The notes under the pieces: generated by a model
The model's database searches: none
Told to the model about the DNA's origin: nothing
The model's input: the letters and a program-made list of their open reading frames with translations, nothing else
Shown here: piece after piece, positions 40,054 through 50,885 of the stretch
Layout of the letters: every line of letters starts with the position of its first letter
How positions within the stretch are numbered: position 1 is the stretch's first letter
Translations under genes and position numbers: made by a program
Assembly (NCBI GenBank): GCA_964580585.1
Contig: CAZOKZ010000001.1
Coordinates: 23,261 to 87,260 of the forward strand
Reading direction: 5' to 3'
DNA from: an uncultured Candidatus Sumerlaeota bacterium
GTDB taxonomy: Bacteria > Sumerlaeota > Sumerlaeia > SLMS01 > JAHLLQ01
DNA: 64,000 bases

Positions 40054-41418
40054 ATGGCTCTGTACCCCAACAAAACACGCACCGCATTTCTTTTTGGCCT
40101 GATCGGCGCTCTATGCGCCTTCTCTTCGTTTCTCCCCGTGGCTCATGCCGCCAACGAGAACTCCGATTCACTCGGTACCGTTCGCCCGATGGCAACTGTG
40201 GAACCGACAATGATCGCTATTCCTCCGTTTGGACGCGATGAAAGCTCTCCCGTTGAATATGAAACCATGCCGCGCATCATCCGGCGCGATTTGGTTTTGT
40301 CGGGGTTCTTTCAACTGCCCGCTGACCAGCAGGAGGTCAATAGCCAGAACATCATCGATGTGCGTAACAACCAGGTGAATTTTGATTTTTGGAGAAAAAT
40401 GGGCGTCCAGCATTACCTGATGGGTAACGTCAGTAGTCCCAAGCCAGGAACCCTGCGAGTACTGGTTCTTCTTTACGATGTTCCCTCGGCACGTATCGTG
40501 ATCAATCGCTATTTCGATGGAGATGCCAACGATCCGCGCTACCTGGCTCATTCGATTTCGGACGAGATCGTCAAATTCACCAAATTTACGGATGGGATTG
40601 CGCGAACGAAGTTGATTTACTTGAGCGAGCAAATTCCTGGAATCAAAGAAACCGCAATCATGGACGCCGATGGTTTCAATCAATTGAATCTGACTCGTTA
40701 CAACAAGATTTGCACGACGCCGACGTGGGGAGCTCGTGGGACGGAAATTTACTATACGTCTTATCATGGCAATCGCGCCAACATTTACGGCCAGCAAGTT
40801 TCCACCGGCCAAACGTGGCCCATTGCTGCTTATGGGGGCACTAACCACTCGCCCGATTGGTGCGAATCCAATGGGCGCATTCTGATGACATTGAGCAAGG
40901 ATGGTAATTCCGAGATTTATTCCTGTTTGCGCGACGGAAAAGATGCTCGCCGATTGACCAAAACGAAAGCCACCGAAGGCAGCCCTTGCTGGTCGCCGGA
41001 CGGCACCCGTTATGTTTACGCCAGCAATGAAGCCGGTGGATTGCACTTATTTGTCGCCAATGCCGACGGCTCGGGGAAAAAACGCCTGACGACGCGTGGC
41101 TCCTGGAACGATGCACCGTCTTGGTCGGCTGACGGTCAACGTATCGCTTTTGTTTCGCGTATTGATGGGCAAAACGACATATTCGTGATTCATTCGGACG
41201 GTGATCCAAACACATATCGTCGTTTGACGATCAACCAGGGAGACAACGAAAGTCCTTCCTGGGGGCCGAATAGTCGGCATTTGGCTTTCGCAAGCAATCG
41301 GTCCGGGCGTTGGCAGATTTATATGATGCTCGACGATGGTTCCAACCAGACGGTGCTCACCTCCACCGGGCAGAATACCCAACCCGATTGGGGTCCCTAT
41401 CCCGGGGGAGAAAAATAA
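40054..41418 (+). CDS. tolB: Tol-Pal system beta-propeller protein TolB.
   Basis: Signal peptide; TolB N-terminal domain; repeated SP.WSPDG propeller blades. Confidence 0.8.
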   Translation: MALYPNKTRTAFLFGLIGALCAFSSFLPVAHAANENSDSLGTVRPMATVEPTMIAIPPFGRDESSPVEYETMPRIIRRDLVLSGFFQLPADQQEVNSQNIIDVRNNQVNFDFWRKMGVQHYLMGNVSSPKPGTLRVLVLLYDVPSARIVINRYFDGDANDPRYLAHSISDEIVKFTKFTDGIARTKLIYLSEQIPGIKETAIMDADGFNQLNLTRYNKICTTPTWGARGTEIYYTSYHGNRANIYGQQVSTGQTWPIAAYGGTNHSPDWCESNGRILMTLSKDGNSEIYSCLRDGKDARRLTKTKATEGSPCWSPDGTRYVYASNEAGGLHLFVANADGSGKKRLTTRGSWNDAPSWSADGQRIAFVSRIDGQNDIFVIHSDGDPNTYRRLTINQGDNESPSWGPNSRHLAFASNRSGRWQIYMMLDDGSNQTVLTSTGQNTQPDWGPYPGGEK

Positions 41419-41658
41419 CATTTTTTTTGCGCCAGTGTCCACATTCTGCTCCACGGTCCCGTTTACAGGACATGGGGGTGTACCTGGCGCAGTCGCTGCC
41501 AAAATCTGGCGCCCTGGAGCACTGGAAAAGGCGTTGACAGAAACTGCGCCGCAGCCCCTAACTATAGAGAGCAGAGTATGTTAGGGGTAGTCCCTACGGC
41601 TCGGAGTTCCACAGCGTGTTTTTCACGTGTATTGGAACGGGTTTAAGGAGAAGCGAGC

Positions 41659-42888
41659 ATGGCAGAGTTTTTCTACGAAGCCCTCGATAAAGGCGGCAAA
41701 CAGGTGCGTGGCATCATCGATGCCGCCAACGAAGACGTTATTATCGAAAAGCTGCGCGGAATGGGGTATTATCCTCTCAAGGTCGTGCAGCATAAATCCA
41801 GCGGCAATGATATGGATATCTTTGCCTTGCCTGGTATTCGTAACATTTTCCACCGCATCAAACAAAAGCACGTCATGACGTTCTCACGTCAGTTGGCAAC
41901 GCTCATCGATGCCGGTTTGCCGATTTTACGCTCGTTGTTCATTCTAACCGAGCAGGTGGAATCGGTCGTTTTCAAAGAAAAAATCAACCAGATTGCCAAG
42001 GACATCGAAGGTGGTGCCTCCCTCTCAGAGGCTCTTTCCAAGCACCCCAAAGTCTTCGACAACCTTTATGTCAACATGGTGCGCGCCGGTGAAATTGGCG
42101 GTGTGCTCGAACAAGTGCTCAATAAAATTGCCTACTTCCTGGAAAAACGCCAGGCTTTGAAGGGCAAAGTCAAATCCGCCATGATGTACCCCATCGTGGT
42201 GTCCGGTCTGGCCATTATTATCGTTGTGTTTATTTTGTGGAAAATCATGCCACGCTTCGTTGCAATTTTCGAGCAACTCGGCGCCGAACTACCCGGTCTG
42301 ACGCGAATGTTGGTGAACGCCTCCGATATTTTGCTACACAAAACGCACTACGTGATTATCGCCGTCGTGGCCTTGGTTATTGTGTATAAGAAAATCAACG
42401 GCACACGAGAAGGAAAACACTTCTTCGATCAGATGTGGATGAAACTTCCGGTTTTCGGAACTCTGGTGAAGAAAGTTGCCATTGCTCGTTTCGCCGGTAC
42501 ACTTTCGACACTCATTACATCCGGCGTGCCGATTCTTCAGGCTCTCGATATTGTGCGTGACACATCGGGTAACGAAGTGATCGCCCGCGCCATGGATAAA
42601 GTCTATCAATCCGTGAAAGACGGCGAAACAATCCACGAACCGCTTGGCGAATGTAAGGTTTTCCCGCCTCTGGTCGTCCACATGGTGGCCGTCGGTGAAG
42701 AAACCGGTGCCATCGATCAGATGCTGACAAAAGTGGCCGAGGCATACGAACGCGAAGTGGATGACACCGTCAGCGCCTTGACCTCGATTCTCGAACCGAT
42801 TCTGATCGTGTTCCTCGGTGTGATCGTCGGTACCATCGTCGTGGCGCTCTATCTGCCACTCTTCTCGATTCCGAAAGTCGTGCACTAA
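41659..42888 (+). CDS. Type II secretion / type IV pilus inner-membrane platform protein (GspF/PilC family).
   Basis: Duplicated GspF domain architecture; good AGGAGA RBS. Confidence 0.8.
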   Translation: MAEFFYEALDKGGKQVRGIIDAANEDVIIEKLRGMGYYPLKVVQHKSSGNDMDIFALPGIRNIFHRIKQKHVMTFSRQLATLIDAGLPILRSLFILTEQVESVVFKEKINQIAKDIEGGASLSEALSKHPKVFDNLYVNMVRAGEIGGVLEQVLNKIAYFLEKRQALKGKVKSAMMYPIVVSGLAIIIVVFILWKIMPRFVAIFEQLGAELPGLTRMLVNASDILLHKTHYVIIAVVALVIVYKKINGTREGKHFFDQMWMKLPVFGTLVKKVAIARFAGTLSTLITSGVPILQALDIVRDTSGNEVIARAMDKVYQSVKDGETIHEPLGECKVFPPLVVHMVAVGEETGAIDQMLTKVAEAYEREVDDTVSALTSILEPILIVFLGVIVGTIVVALYLPLFSIPKVVH

Positions 42889-42999
42889 GCGAACCGAAAA
42901 AGCACTGAATCCGGTAGCGGGGTGATTTTCACTCCGCTATCTTTCATTTTAGAGAACCCACTTGTGGCTTCGATTTCTTCAAATGAATAATCGGCAAAC

Positions 43000-45573
43000 A
43001 TGACCGAGTCGCCAACAATGCCGCATCCCAACGAAAGTCCCGCTTCCGTCCCGCATTACACGATGATTCGCCCCTTATCGAACATCCAACGTTTGGGTGT
43101 CCTTATGACGGTGTTCATCTCTGGAATGGCTGCATTGATTTATCAAGTGCTTTGGCTAAAGCAACTTGGCTTGCTGTTTGGAAATACCGCGCAAGCAGCC
43201 GCCAGCACGTTGAGTGTTTTTTTTCTAGGATTATCGGCGGGTAGTTATTTTTGGGGACGCAAAGAATGTTCAAAAACGCATCCTTTGCGCACTTACAGCC
43301 TGTTGGAAATTGGGATAGCCATTTCCGCCTTACTGTATTTTTTCCTCTTCTTTGTTTATCGGGAAATTTATCCCCATCTTGTTGCACCAATTCTTCATCA
43401 CCCCCCCCTTGTTTTGTTGGTGAAATTTATCCTCGCTTTGATCATTCTTTTTCCACCCGCATTTTTCATGGGGGGAACGTTTCCAGTTGTCGTTCAAGCC
43501 ATGACCCATCGGCGCGATCACTTGGCACGGGCGGGAACAATTTTATATGCCACTAATACTTTTGGCGCAACGCTTGGCGCATTCGCTGCGGGGTATATCT
43601 TACCTCTCTCGTTTGGATTTAAAAATTCCTATTGGATTGCAATTGCCTGTAGTCTGATTGCGGCCATAATCGCATTCTTGATTGGAGTCGGGACGAAATC
43701 GCTCACCGTCCCCATGATCGCAACTTCGATTCCGAAACCGACTTCTAAGCCCGATCGTCTCATCGGAAGTATTGCATTTTTTTCCGGAGCAATCACACTT
43801 GGTCTCGAAGTGCTCTGGACCAAAATGTTTTCTCTCGTACTGCAAAATTCCGTATATAGTTTCACGATTGTCCTGATGACATTTTTACTCGCGCTGGCGA
43901 TAGGCGCTTTTCTCGCGCATTTGCTGGCGATTCCGCGTTGGAACGCCCAAAGAGTTCTTGGTGGACTGTTATTGTTTGCCGGATTTGGAGCCGCGCTTTC
44001 ACCTCTGCTTTTTTCAAGACTCACGGGTGGGGTGAACCAGATGAACGTCGAACATTTACCCGTTGGCATGGTAATTTTTTTCGCCATGCTTCTGCCCGCT
44101 ATTGCCATGGGGACCGTTTTTCCGTTTTTACTCAAACTCGTTGAAAAACAACACGACGATGCTCCCCAGGTTGTTGGGCGATTAGCCGCTATAAATACCG
44201 GTGGTGCAATTGTGGGATCGTTGCTTGCCGGGTTTGTATTGATGAGCGTCTTTGGACTTTGGAACAGCATTCGTCTGTTAGCCGCAATGTACTTTATCTT
44301 TGTTTTTTTTCTTCCCGATTGCCGATATTTGTCACGAACTTTATCCGGTTCAGGCTATCTGCTTTTGGCAATATTGGCACTCAATCGTCCGGCGTTGGTT
44401 GAATTAGATGCTGGGGAACGTGTGTTGAAAACATGGCAGGGAAGCGGAGGAGTGGTTAGCGTCGTGGAATCTTCCGCGGGACATCGGGACATGCGTTTGA
44501 ACAATTATTACTCGCTTGGAGGGACGGAAAAATCTCTTCGGCGCCGTCGCCAGGGAATGCTGCCTTTAATTTTGCACCCCGACCCCAAGGACGTATTTTA
44601 TCTCGGCATGGGGACAGGAATCACGGCGGGCGGTGCATTGGATTTTCCGGTTGAACGTGTTGTCGTCTGCGAAATCAATCCGCAAGTAATTGCAGGCGCG
44701 CGGGAATTTTTTGCTGAATATTCCAATGAGTTGTTTGACGATTCAAGAGTCGATGTGCTGATCGAAGATGGTCGAAATTATCTGATGGGGACGGAGGAAA
44801 CATTCGACGTTATTGTTAGCGATCTATTCGTGCCGTGGAACGCGGGAATCGGGAATTTGTATTCCATAGATCAATATCGCCTTGCGTGCAAACGCCTCAA
44901 TCCAGGCGGCCTTTACGCGCAGTGGCTTCCCGCTGGCCAGATTTCCCGTCGCGAGTTTGACATAATTGCCAAAACAATGCTGGAAGTTTTTCCAAGCGTT
45001 ACGCTTTGGCGTGGCGACTTCAGCGACCGCTATCCGATTCTGATGTTGTTGGGCAGTATGGACAACGCACCGCTTGATCCCGACGGCATCGCTACGCGCC
45101 TCGATGCGTTGTCGTTGCAACATAAAGCGCAAAACACCGCGATGATCTCGGCTACACCGTATGTGTATTATTGTGGGAATTTATCTGAACATGCATATCT
45201 ATTCGATAGCACATCGGTGAACACGGATGATCGACCTTTGATCGAATATCTGGCAGCTCAAACGCAGACGCATGAAAATTCCCAGGGAGAAAGAATCTGG
45301 TTAATTCGAGATAATCTGAATCAACTTACACGAACTCTTTTATCCGAAAACGGCAACCTGAGCAATGATCCGTATTTAACCAAAATCAATCAGAGACAAC
45401 GTGAATTAATTTTAGCCGGATTGAATATCAGTGAATGGAATATTTACGAAAAATCGGGGGACGGAGACACCGAAGCGATCGAAAAAAAGATTCAATCCAC
45501 GTTTGAAAAAGCGAATATTAAAATAGAACTACAGCCAGGCGCGTCTGATATTTATAAATCGCCCTTATGGTAA
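43000..45573 (+). CDS. Membrane-anchored spermidine-synthase-family protein (N-terminal polytopic domain, aminopropyltransferase-like domain and a C-terminal extension).
   Basis: GMGTGITAG, CEINPQV and IVSDLF motifs of the spermidine synthase fold; more than ten TM helices. Confidence 0.6.
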   Translation: MTESPTMPHPNESPASVPHYTMIRPLSNIQRLGVLMTVFISGMAALIYQVLWLKQLGLLFGNTAQAAASTLSVFFLGLSAGSYFWGRKECSKTHPLRTYSLLEIGIAISALLYFFLFFVYREIYPHLVAPILHHPPLVLLVKFILALIILFPPAFFMGGTFPVVVQAMTHRRDHLARAGTILYATNTFGATLGAFAAGYILPLSFGFKNSYWIAIACSLIAAIIAFLIGVGTKSLTVPMIATSIPKPTSKPDRLIGSIAFFSGAITLGLEVLWTKMFSLVLQNSVYSFTIVLMTFLLALAIGAFLAHLLAIPRWNAQRVLGGLLLFAGFGAALSPLLFSRLTGGVNQMNVEHLPVGMVIFFAMLLPAIAMGTVFPFLLKLVEKQHDDAPQVVGRLAAINTGGAIVGSLLAGFVLMSVFGLWNSIRLLAAMYFIFVFFLPDCRYLSRTLSGSGYLLLAILALNRPALVELDAGERVLKTWQGSGGVVSVVESSAGHRDMRLNNYYSLGGTEKSLRRRRQGMLPLILHPDPKDVFYLGMGTGITAGGALDFPVERVVVCEINPQVIAGAREFFAEYSNELFDDSRVDVLIEDGRNYLMGTEETFDVIVSDLFVPWNAGIGNLYSIDQYRLACKRLNPGGLYAQWLPAGQISRREFDIIAKTMLEVFPSVTLWRGDFSDRYPILMLLGSMDNAPLDPDGIATRLDALSLQHKAQNTAMISATPYVYYCGNLSEHAYLFDSTSVNTDDRPLIEYLAAQTQTHENSQGERIWLIRDNLNQLTRTLLSENGNLSNDPYLTKINQRQRELILAGLNISEWNIYEKSGDGDTEAIEKKIQSTFEKANIKIELQPGASDIYKSPLW

Positions 45574-45581
45574 GGCGCGAA

Positions 45582-46136
45582 TCATAGATCGTCGCGAATT
45601 TCGATCAATTCATAGGGATTTCCCAGGATATTGTTTCCATCCTCATCCACTAAACCTGCTTCTTTCATCGCTTTATCGCGAAATTCCAATTCCTTGGCGC
45701 TGGAAAAGTATTCGTCTCTATCGCCGATCAGGCCGTTCTTGTGCACACGAATGTATCCGGAATTCAATTCGGTCATCGAGCCATCAGGCTGTAATTTCAT
45801 ATAAACGTCTTCGGCATAGCCAGTTTCCAACGACGACGATGTCTCGATCATTCCATACACAGGAACCACGATTTGACGATAGCCATCAACGACGTTCAAC
45901 GCAGGGGCATCTGGAACTTCGTACGTAATTTTGATTTTGCCAGGGAAATCAACGGGCAGAATAAATTTGTTCGGTGTGCGTTGGCCTGGGTCCACAGCGG
46001 CAAATTGGATTTTAAACACCAACAGGAGTGCGATGACGAACACGATACCCGTAAAAACTAATGGCATCCACGATTGTTTGGCGGCAGGCATCGATTGATT
46101 TGAAACACTATCCATTGTATCATTTTGTGTCATCAT
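45582..46136 (-). CDS. Hypothetical N-terminally anchored protein.
   Basis: One TM helix; 184 aa; overlaps the upstream gene by 4 nt. Confidence 0.4.
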   Translation of the reverse strand: MMTQNDTMDSVSNQSMPAAKQSWMPLVFTGIVFVIALLLVFKIQFAAVDPGQRTPNKFILPVDFPGKIKITYEVPDAPALNVVDGYRQIVVPVYGMIETSSSLETGYAEDVYMKLQPDGSMTELNSGYIRVHKNGLIGDRDEYFSSAKELEFRDKAMKEAGLVDEDGNNILGNPYELIEIRDDL

Positions 46137-47275
46137 TGTGCGCTCAGAACCTTCTCGATTTCCTCTATCAGTTTTTCGGCCTGGAGGCGAATCGATTCGT
46201 TTTCATCCTTTTTCAGTTTCTTCATCACTTTCTTTGCTTCTTTGGGGTCAGCGGCAGCATACCACTCCATGGCGGCGCGGCGAATATCATTATCCTCCAA
46301 GGGATCGAGCGAAATTTGTTCATACTCGGGCGTCGCCGCAGCGCCTAAATTTCTTAAATAATGCCGGGCAAAGTATCGTCCATCGTAATCGGCAAATTCC
46401 TTGGTCGCACGCAATGCTCCGCGCAACGTCGTTTTTGGTAATTCATAATCCGGTTTGCCATCAACTCGACGACGGAGAATCGAAGCACGAGTGGGAGTGT
46501 AATCGTTGCCCTCAAAATAGACCCAATCTTTAAATTCCTCAACAACTTCGCGACGACGAGCGATCGAGGTGTTCTCTGTCACGTCATAATTTCGGCCTGT
46601 TAGAAAATAGACTGCTTCGAATAATTTTGCCAGACTCAGTTCGTCGTTGCTATCGGCAATACGCGCTAATTCATTTAATCCTTTGCCGTTATCCATCAAA
46701 CCGAGCGATACGGCACCTTCGATGACAAAAGACGGATTGTCTGTCTCGGAGATAAATGTCTTGATGGAGTCGCCAGCAGAGGAATCGCCAATTAATCCCA
46801 ACGCTACGAGAGAATTATATCGAATATATGCGGTGAACGTTTGACGCGTTTCATCGTAAACCGACATCGGGAATTTTTCCATGTCGCGATCCAGCACTTG
46901 ACGCGCTCCCGACGGTAATTCGCCTTTCATCATTTGCACCAACAACGGTGTGGCGGTCTTACTTTGGCGAAAGCCCATTTCCTGAATAGCGGCGAGGACA
47001 ACTTCTGTCTTCACTTGGGGCGAATCGGGCAGGCTTACCCATTTACCGTCTGCTGTGCGAGCAAATCCTTTGTTCAGAAATCCCAACAACCCTTCATCGG
47101 TTACTCGAATGCCGTGCGAGAGCAAAACTTCCTGACGTTGCGGTCCGGTTTTCCGCGCCAGTGCGACAATTTCAGGATCGCGTTCCTGGGCAAAAACGGG
47201 GGAAAGCGAAACCGGCGCACTCAACAGCGCAATCAACGTCAATCCCCCAACAAGATGTCGCGTTATTTGCTTCAT
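46133..47275 (-). CDS. Hypothetical secreted helical-repeat (HEAT-like) protein.
   Basis: Signal peptide; repeated helical pairs; overlaps smpB by 4 nt. Confidence 0.4.
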   Translation of the reverse strand: MKQITRHLVGGLTLIALLSAPVSLSPVFAQERDPEIVALARKTGPQRQEVLLSHGIRVTDEGLLGFLNKGFARTADGKWVSLPDSPQVKTEVVLAAIQEMGFRQSKTATPLLVQMMKGELPSGARQVLDRDMEKFPMSVYDETRQTFTAYIRYNSLVALGLIGDSSAGDSIKTFISETDNPSFVIEGAVSLGLMDNGKGLNELARIADSNDELSLAKLFEAVYFLTGRNYDVTENTSIARRREVVEEFKDWVYFEGNDYTPTRASILRRRVDGKPDYELPKTTLRGALRATKEFADYDGRYFARHYLRNLGAAATPEYEQISLDPLEDNDIRRAAMEWYAAADPKEAKKVMKKLKKDENESIRLQAEKLIEEIEKVLSAQ

Positions 47276-47754
47276 CGCACTTTATACTCCCGTGCCAACT
47301 CGCGTTTCAGGTCACGTTCCTTAATATCATGTCGCTTATCGATCGCGTCTTTGCCGCGTGCCAGACCCACTTCTATCTTCACCAAACCTCGTTCGCTGAG
47401 ATAAACCTTGAGAGGCACGATCGTCATGCCTTTTTGGGTAACGGAACCCGCCAGGCGATCGATTTCCTTACGATGCAGCAGCAACTTGCGGTCGCGTGTC
47501 GAAGGTTCGGTAAATGCCGCTGCCTTAGTATAAGGAGGAATCGTCATCCCCACGACGTAAATCTCTTCGCCCTTGGGAACAATGTACGCCTCGGCGATGG
47601 AGCCGCCGCCATCGCGCAGAGATTTCACTTCCGACCCCTTGAGTTCGATGCCCGCTTCAATGCGCTCGATGATGTGGTACAAATGATTCGCTTTGCGATT
47701 CTGCACCAGAATCTTGCCCGCACGCTGTTCCGATTTATCCTGCTTCTTAGCCAT
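47272..47754 (-). CDS. smpB: SsrA-binding protein SmpB.
   Basis: Strong similarity across the whole SmpB length; no tmRNA gene found nearby. Confidence 0.9.
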   Translation of the reverse strand: MAKKQDKSEQRAGKILVQNRKANHLYHIIERIEAGIELKGSEVKSLRDGGGSIAEAYIVPKGEEIYVVGMTIPPYTKAAAFTEPSTRDRKLLLHRKEIDRLAGSVTQKGMTIVPLKVYLSERGLVKIEVGLARGKDAIDKRHDIKERDLKRELAREYKVR

Positions 47755-47776
47755 GATCCACCAGTTTCAATTACCC

Positions 47777-48361
47777 TTATTCCGAATCGTTTTCCGTCCC
47801 GAGAAGTTCCGGGTGCTTGCGCAACAACCGGGTATAATGAACGACATCGGCGCCCACGCGCTCAACGCGTTTGTGCAGCTTTTCATCTTTTAGGGTGCCG
47901 TCCTCGTTGAACGCCGAGTAAGCTGCTCCTACAGCAGCCTGGTGGGGAATCACCCACGCGTGCACCCAACGGCAAACCAAGCGCAAATGATTCAAGGCGT
48001 TTGAATTCGCTCCGCCACCCAATACGCTAATGAGACCGCATACTTTGTCCTGCATCTGGTCGATGCTCACCAGATCCAACGCGTTTTTAAGCACTCCCGA
48101 GTACGAACCGTGATACTCCGGTGTTCCGAGAATCATCGCATCGGCTTCCTGAACCAGCATTTGCCACCGTTCCAGGTTTGCTTTTTGATAATCGGTTGAG
48201 GGACCCTGGCAGAAGGGGAGTGGATTCTGGGCCAGGTCGAAAAGGATGATCTCTGCGCCTTCGACTTTTGCCGCTCCAAGGGCAATTTTCAGCGCCTCCA
48301 ATGTATGCGACCCTTCGCGCAAACTTCCACAAACACCCAACACACGGATAGTCTCGGCCAT
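47777..48361 (-). CDS. NADPH-dependent FMN reductase family protein.
   Basis: Flavodoxin-like GVCGSLR ... PEYHGSYSG.LKNALD motifs. Confidence 0.75.
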   Translation of the reverse strand: MAETIRVLGVCGSLREGSHTLEALKIALGAAKVEGAEIILFDLAQNPLPFCQGPSTDYQKANLERWQMLVQEADAMILGTPEYHGSYSGVLKNALDLVSIDQMQDKVCGLISVLGGGANSNALNHLRLVCRWVHAWVIPHQAAVGAAYSAFNEDGTLKDEKLHKRVERVGADVVHYTRLLRKHPELLGTENDSE

Positions 48362-48435
48362 GAGATATTTCTCTCCAGAAAAGTTATTCACTTGGCATGG
48401 TCGCAGCAAATGCCATACCGCGTTAAAAGGGACGA

Positions 48436-49581
48436 TCAGGTTTTGTCCGTGGGTTTCTGAATCTGCTGCTCGGAAGCCCCGTTACGTTTGCGCTCGAAGA
48501 ACCGCATGTACTCGATCAGCATCAGCAACCCCACGCCGATCAACGCAACATTGATCAGCAACAACGCCGATTGGCCTTGTGCCAACAAGACAGCATTCAC
48601 GCCGAAATAGATAGTTCCGTAGAGAAAAACCAGCACCACACGTCGTTGGTCCAACCCCGCGTCGAGCAATCGGTGATGCAAATGTCGTCGGTCGGCTTTG
48701 AATGGATTCGTTCCGCGCACAATTCGCCGCAGGAATGAAAAAGTCGTTTCAAACAAGGGCAAAGCCAACGCCACCATCGGAACCAGCAATGCCAATAACG
48801 CCGGAGCCTTTGTGCTGCTGATCAAGGAAGCGGTCGCCAGAACATACCCGATGGAAAGCGAACCGCTATCGCCGAGAAAAATCCTGGCCGGATGCCAATT
48901 GTGCGTCAGAAACCCGACTAACGCGCCTGCCGTGATAAAAGGAAGTGCCATTCCCAGCATCATGGCACCGGTGTCTGCAATCACCAGTCCGATCACCCCA
49001 AGAGTTACCGCCGCAATCAGCGAAACGCCTCCCGCCAGACCATCAAGGCCATCGATCAGGTTTATCGCATTCATGAGCGCGGCATACCAGCCCAACGTCA
49101 GCAACAGACTTGGAAGACTAGCCAGCACGTATGCTGCGAAATGGGTTCCTGGATCGCCGACAAGTCCCACAAATTCGCCAAATCCCGTCGTTACGCGTTC
49201 GATCCGCACACCAGCCAACCACAGGCCCAAAGCGATGGAGAGCTGGAGAGAAAGCTTCATCAAAGGACGCATACCGACCACGTCATCCCACAGTCCTACT
49301 AAAAAAATCCCCAGTAGCCCGATCATAAACGCGACGAGAATTTTTTGGTCCAACAACGCGGGCAACGGCGCCAGGGTGGCATAAATCGCCGTGCCAATCA
49401 AGATCGTGAGCGTGAATCCCAGCCCTCCCAAATACGCGATGGGCTCTCGGTGCACCTTGCGCTCGCCGGGGTAATCCATAATTCCGGTCGCATGGCTGAC
49501 CCGACACGCCAACCATGTGGCGATTGTGCCGATTACACAGCACACAGCGAACAGAATGGCACTTATGGTAACCGTTGGCAC
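48436..49581 (-). CDS. Polyprenyl-phosphate N-acetylhexosamine-1-phosphate transferase (WecA/MraY family, GT4 in CAZy terms).
   Basis: DD..G, NLIDGLDGL and GDSGS motifs; about 10 TM helices. Confidence 0.75.
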   Translation of the reverse strand: MPTVTISAILFAVCCVIGTIATWLACRVSHATGIMDYPGERKVHREPIAYLGGLGFTLTILIGTAIYATLAPLPALLDQKILVAFMIGLLGIFLVGLWDDVVGMRPLMKLSLQLSIALGLWLAGVRIERVTTGFGEFVGLVGDPGTHFAAYVLASLPSLLLTLGWYAALMNAINLIDGLDGLAGGVSLIAAVTLGVIGLVIADTGAMMLGMALPFITAGALVGFLTHNWHPARIFLGDSGSLSIGYVLATASLISSTKAPALLALLVPMVALALPLFETTFSFLRRIVRGTNPFKADRRHLHHRLLDAGLDQRRVVLVFLYGTIYFGVNAVLLAQGQSALLLINVALIGVGLLMLIEYMRFFERKRNGASEQQIQKPTDKT

Positions 49582-49817
49582 CGGACAACGTTCTCCTCGA
49601 CGGAATTCGACTTTACGGTTGGGGGAGGCCGTCCTTGGGTCAAGTGGGGTTGTTCAAGAATGAAACACCCGGAACGCATCTTTGAGCTAAATTTTCGGCG
49701 GTACGAACAAAAACAGTGATACCACAGCGATCGAGCATGCCCAATATTCGTATTCTCGGCACGAAAATTGATGCTTTCTTGCTTCATCGAATGAAATTTT
49801 TAATCAAGGAAGAACCA

Positions 49818-50816
49818 ATGATGCTGAAACGTATTCTGGGAAAACAAGGTCCCGAAGTCTCGGTTCTCGGTCTTGGTTGAATGGGGATGTCTGACTTTTA
49901 CGGTTCCGCAAACACAACCGAAAGCAAAGCGACACTCACGGCTGCACTCGAAGCAGGTATGACGCTTCTCGATACCGGTGATTTTTACGGTATGGGGGAC
50001 AACGAAATGCTCTTGCGCGATGGCTTGAAGGGCCATTCCCGGGAACAAGTGATCCTTAGTGTTAAATTTGGGGCTTTACGCGATGCTGGTGGGAATTGGA
50101 TTGGCACCGATGGACGACCTGAGTCGGTAAAGAATTTCCTCGCCTATTCGCTTCGCCGCTTGGGAACCGACTACATCGACATCTATCGCCCTGCGCGCGT
50201 CGATCCCAACGTCCCAATCGAAGAAACTGTTGGCGCCATTGCCGAAATGGTCACCGCTGGATACGTTCGTCACGTAGGACTGTCCGAGGTCGGAGCGGAA
50301 ACGATTCGTCGTGCGCATGCTACCCATCCCATTTCCGATCTTCAGATTGAATATTCGCTTTTTACCCGAACCATCGAGGGGAAAATACTTCCCACATGCC
50401 GCGAGCTTGGTATTGGAATTACCGCTTACGGTGTGCTTTCACGCGGACTTCTCAGCGGTCATTGGTCAAAGGATCGTGATATTTCCAAAAATGATTTCCG
50501 AGGATTTACTCCCCGGTTTGTGGGCGAAAACCTGGAACGTAATCTCGCCCTGGTCGAATCGCTTCGCGCCATCGGCAATCAAAAAGGGGTGACAGTTGCT
50601 CAACTGGCCATTGCGTGGGTGATCTCGCGTGGAGAGGATATCATTCCGCTGGTTGGTGCACGTAAACGCGAACGACTCGCCGAAGCACTTGGTGCTCTTT
50701 ACATTCAACTTTCAGACGAAGAGTTGACGGCTATCGAGGCGGCTATACCAGCCGATGCCGCTGCAGGAGATCGTTATCCGGCACCAGCCATGGCGAACTT
50801 GGATAGCGAACGGTAA
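49818..50816 (+). CDS. Aldo/keto reductase. The N-terminal 20 codons (RBS AGGAAG, ATG 49818) are separated from the main ORF (ATG 49881) by a single in-frame TGA at 49878-49880, the position where Cys/Thr sits in LGLG(C/T)MGMS.
   Basis: MMLKRILGKQGPEVSVLGLG-TGA-MGMSDFYG read directly from sequence; the rest of the AKR fold is intact. Confidence 0.7.
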
Positions 50817-50885
50817 ATCCTCGTTGTAAATCCCTTGCGGGATTCGCCTCTTCGCCATTAGCAATCGCCTATCAAATCAAGGCGT

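Noticed and set aside
47755-48435. tmRNA (ssrA) near smpB.
   Set aside because: No tRNA-like 5' or 3' ends (GGGG ... TTCGA ... CCA-type acceptor and T-arm) appear in the flanking intergenic segments.
49878-49880. Selenocysteine as the explanation for the in-frame TGA in the aldo/keto reductase.
   Set aside because: No obvious SECIS-like stem-loop follows the TGA, and no sel genes are in the window. A point change TGC to TGA, or the downstream start at 49881, is simpler. It is kept as a finding because it is cheap to check.
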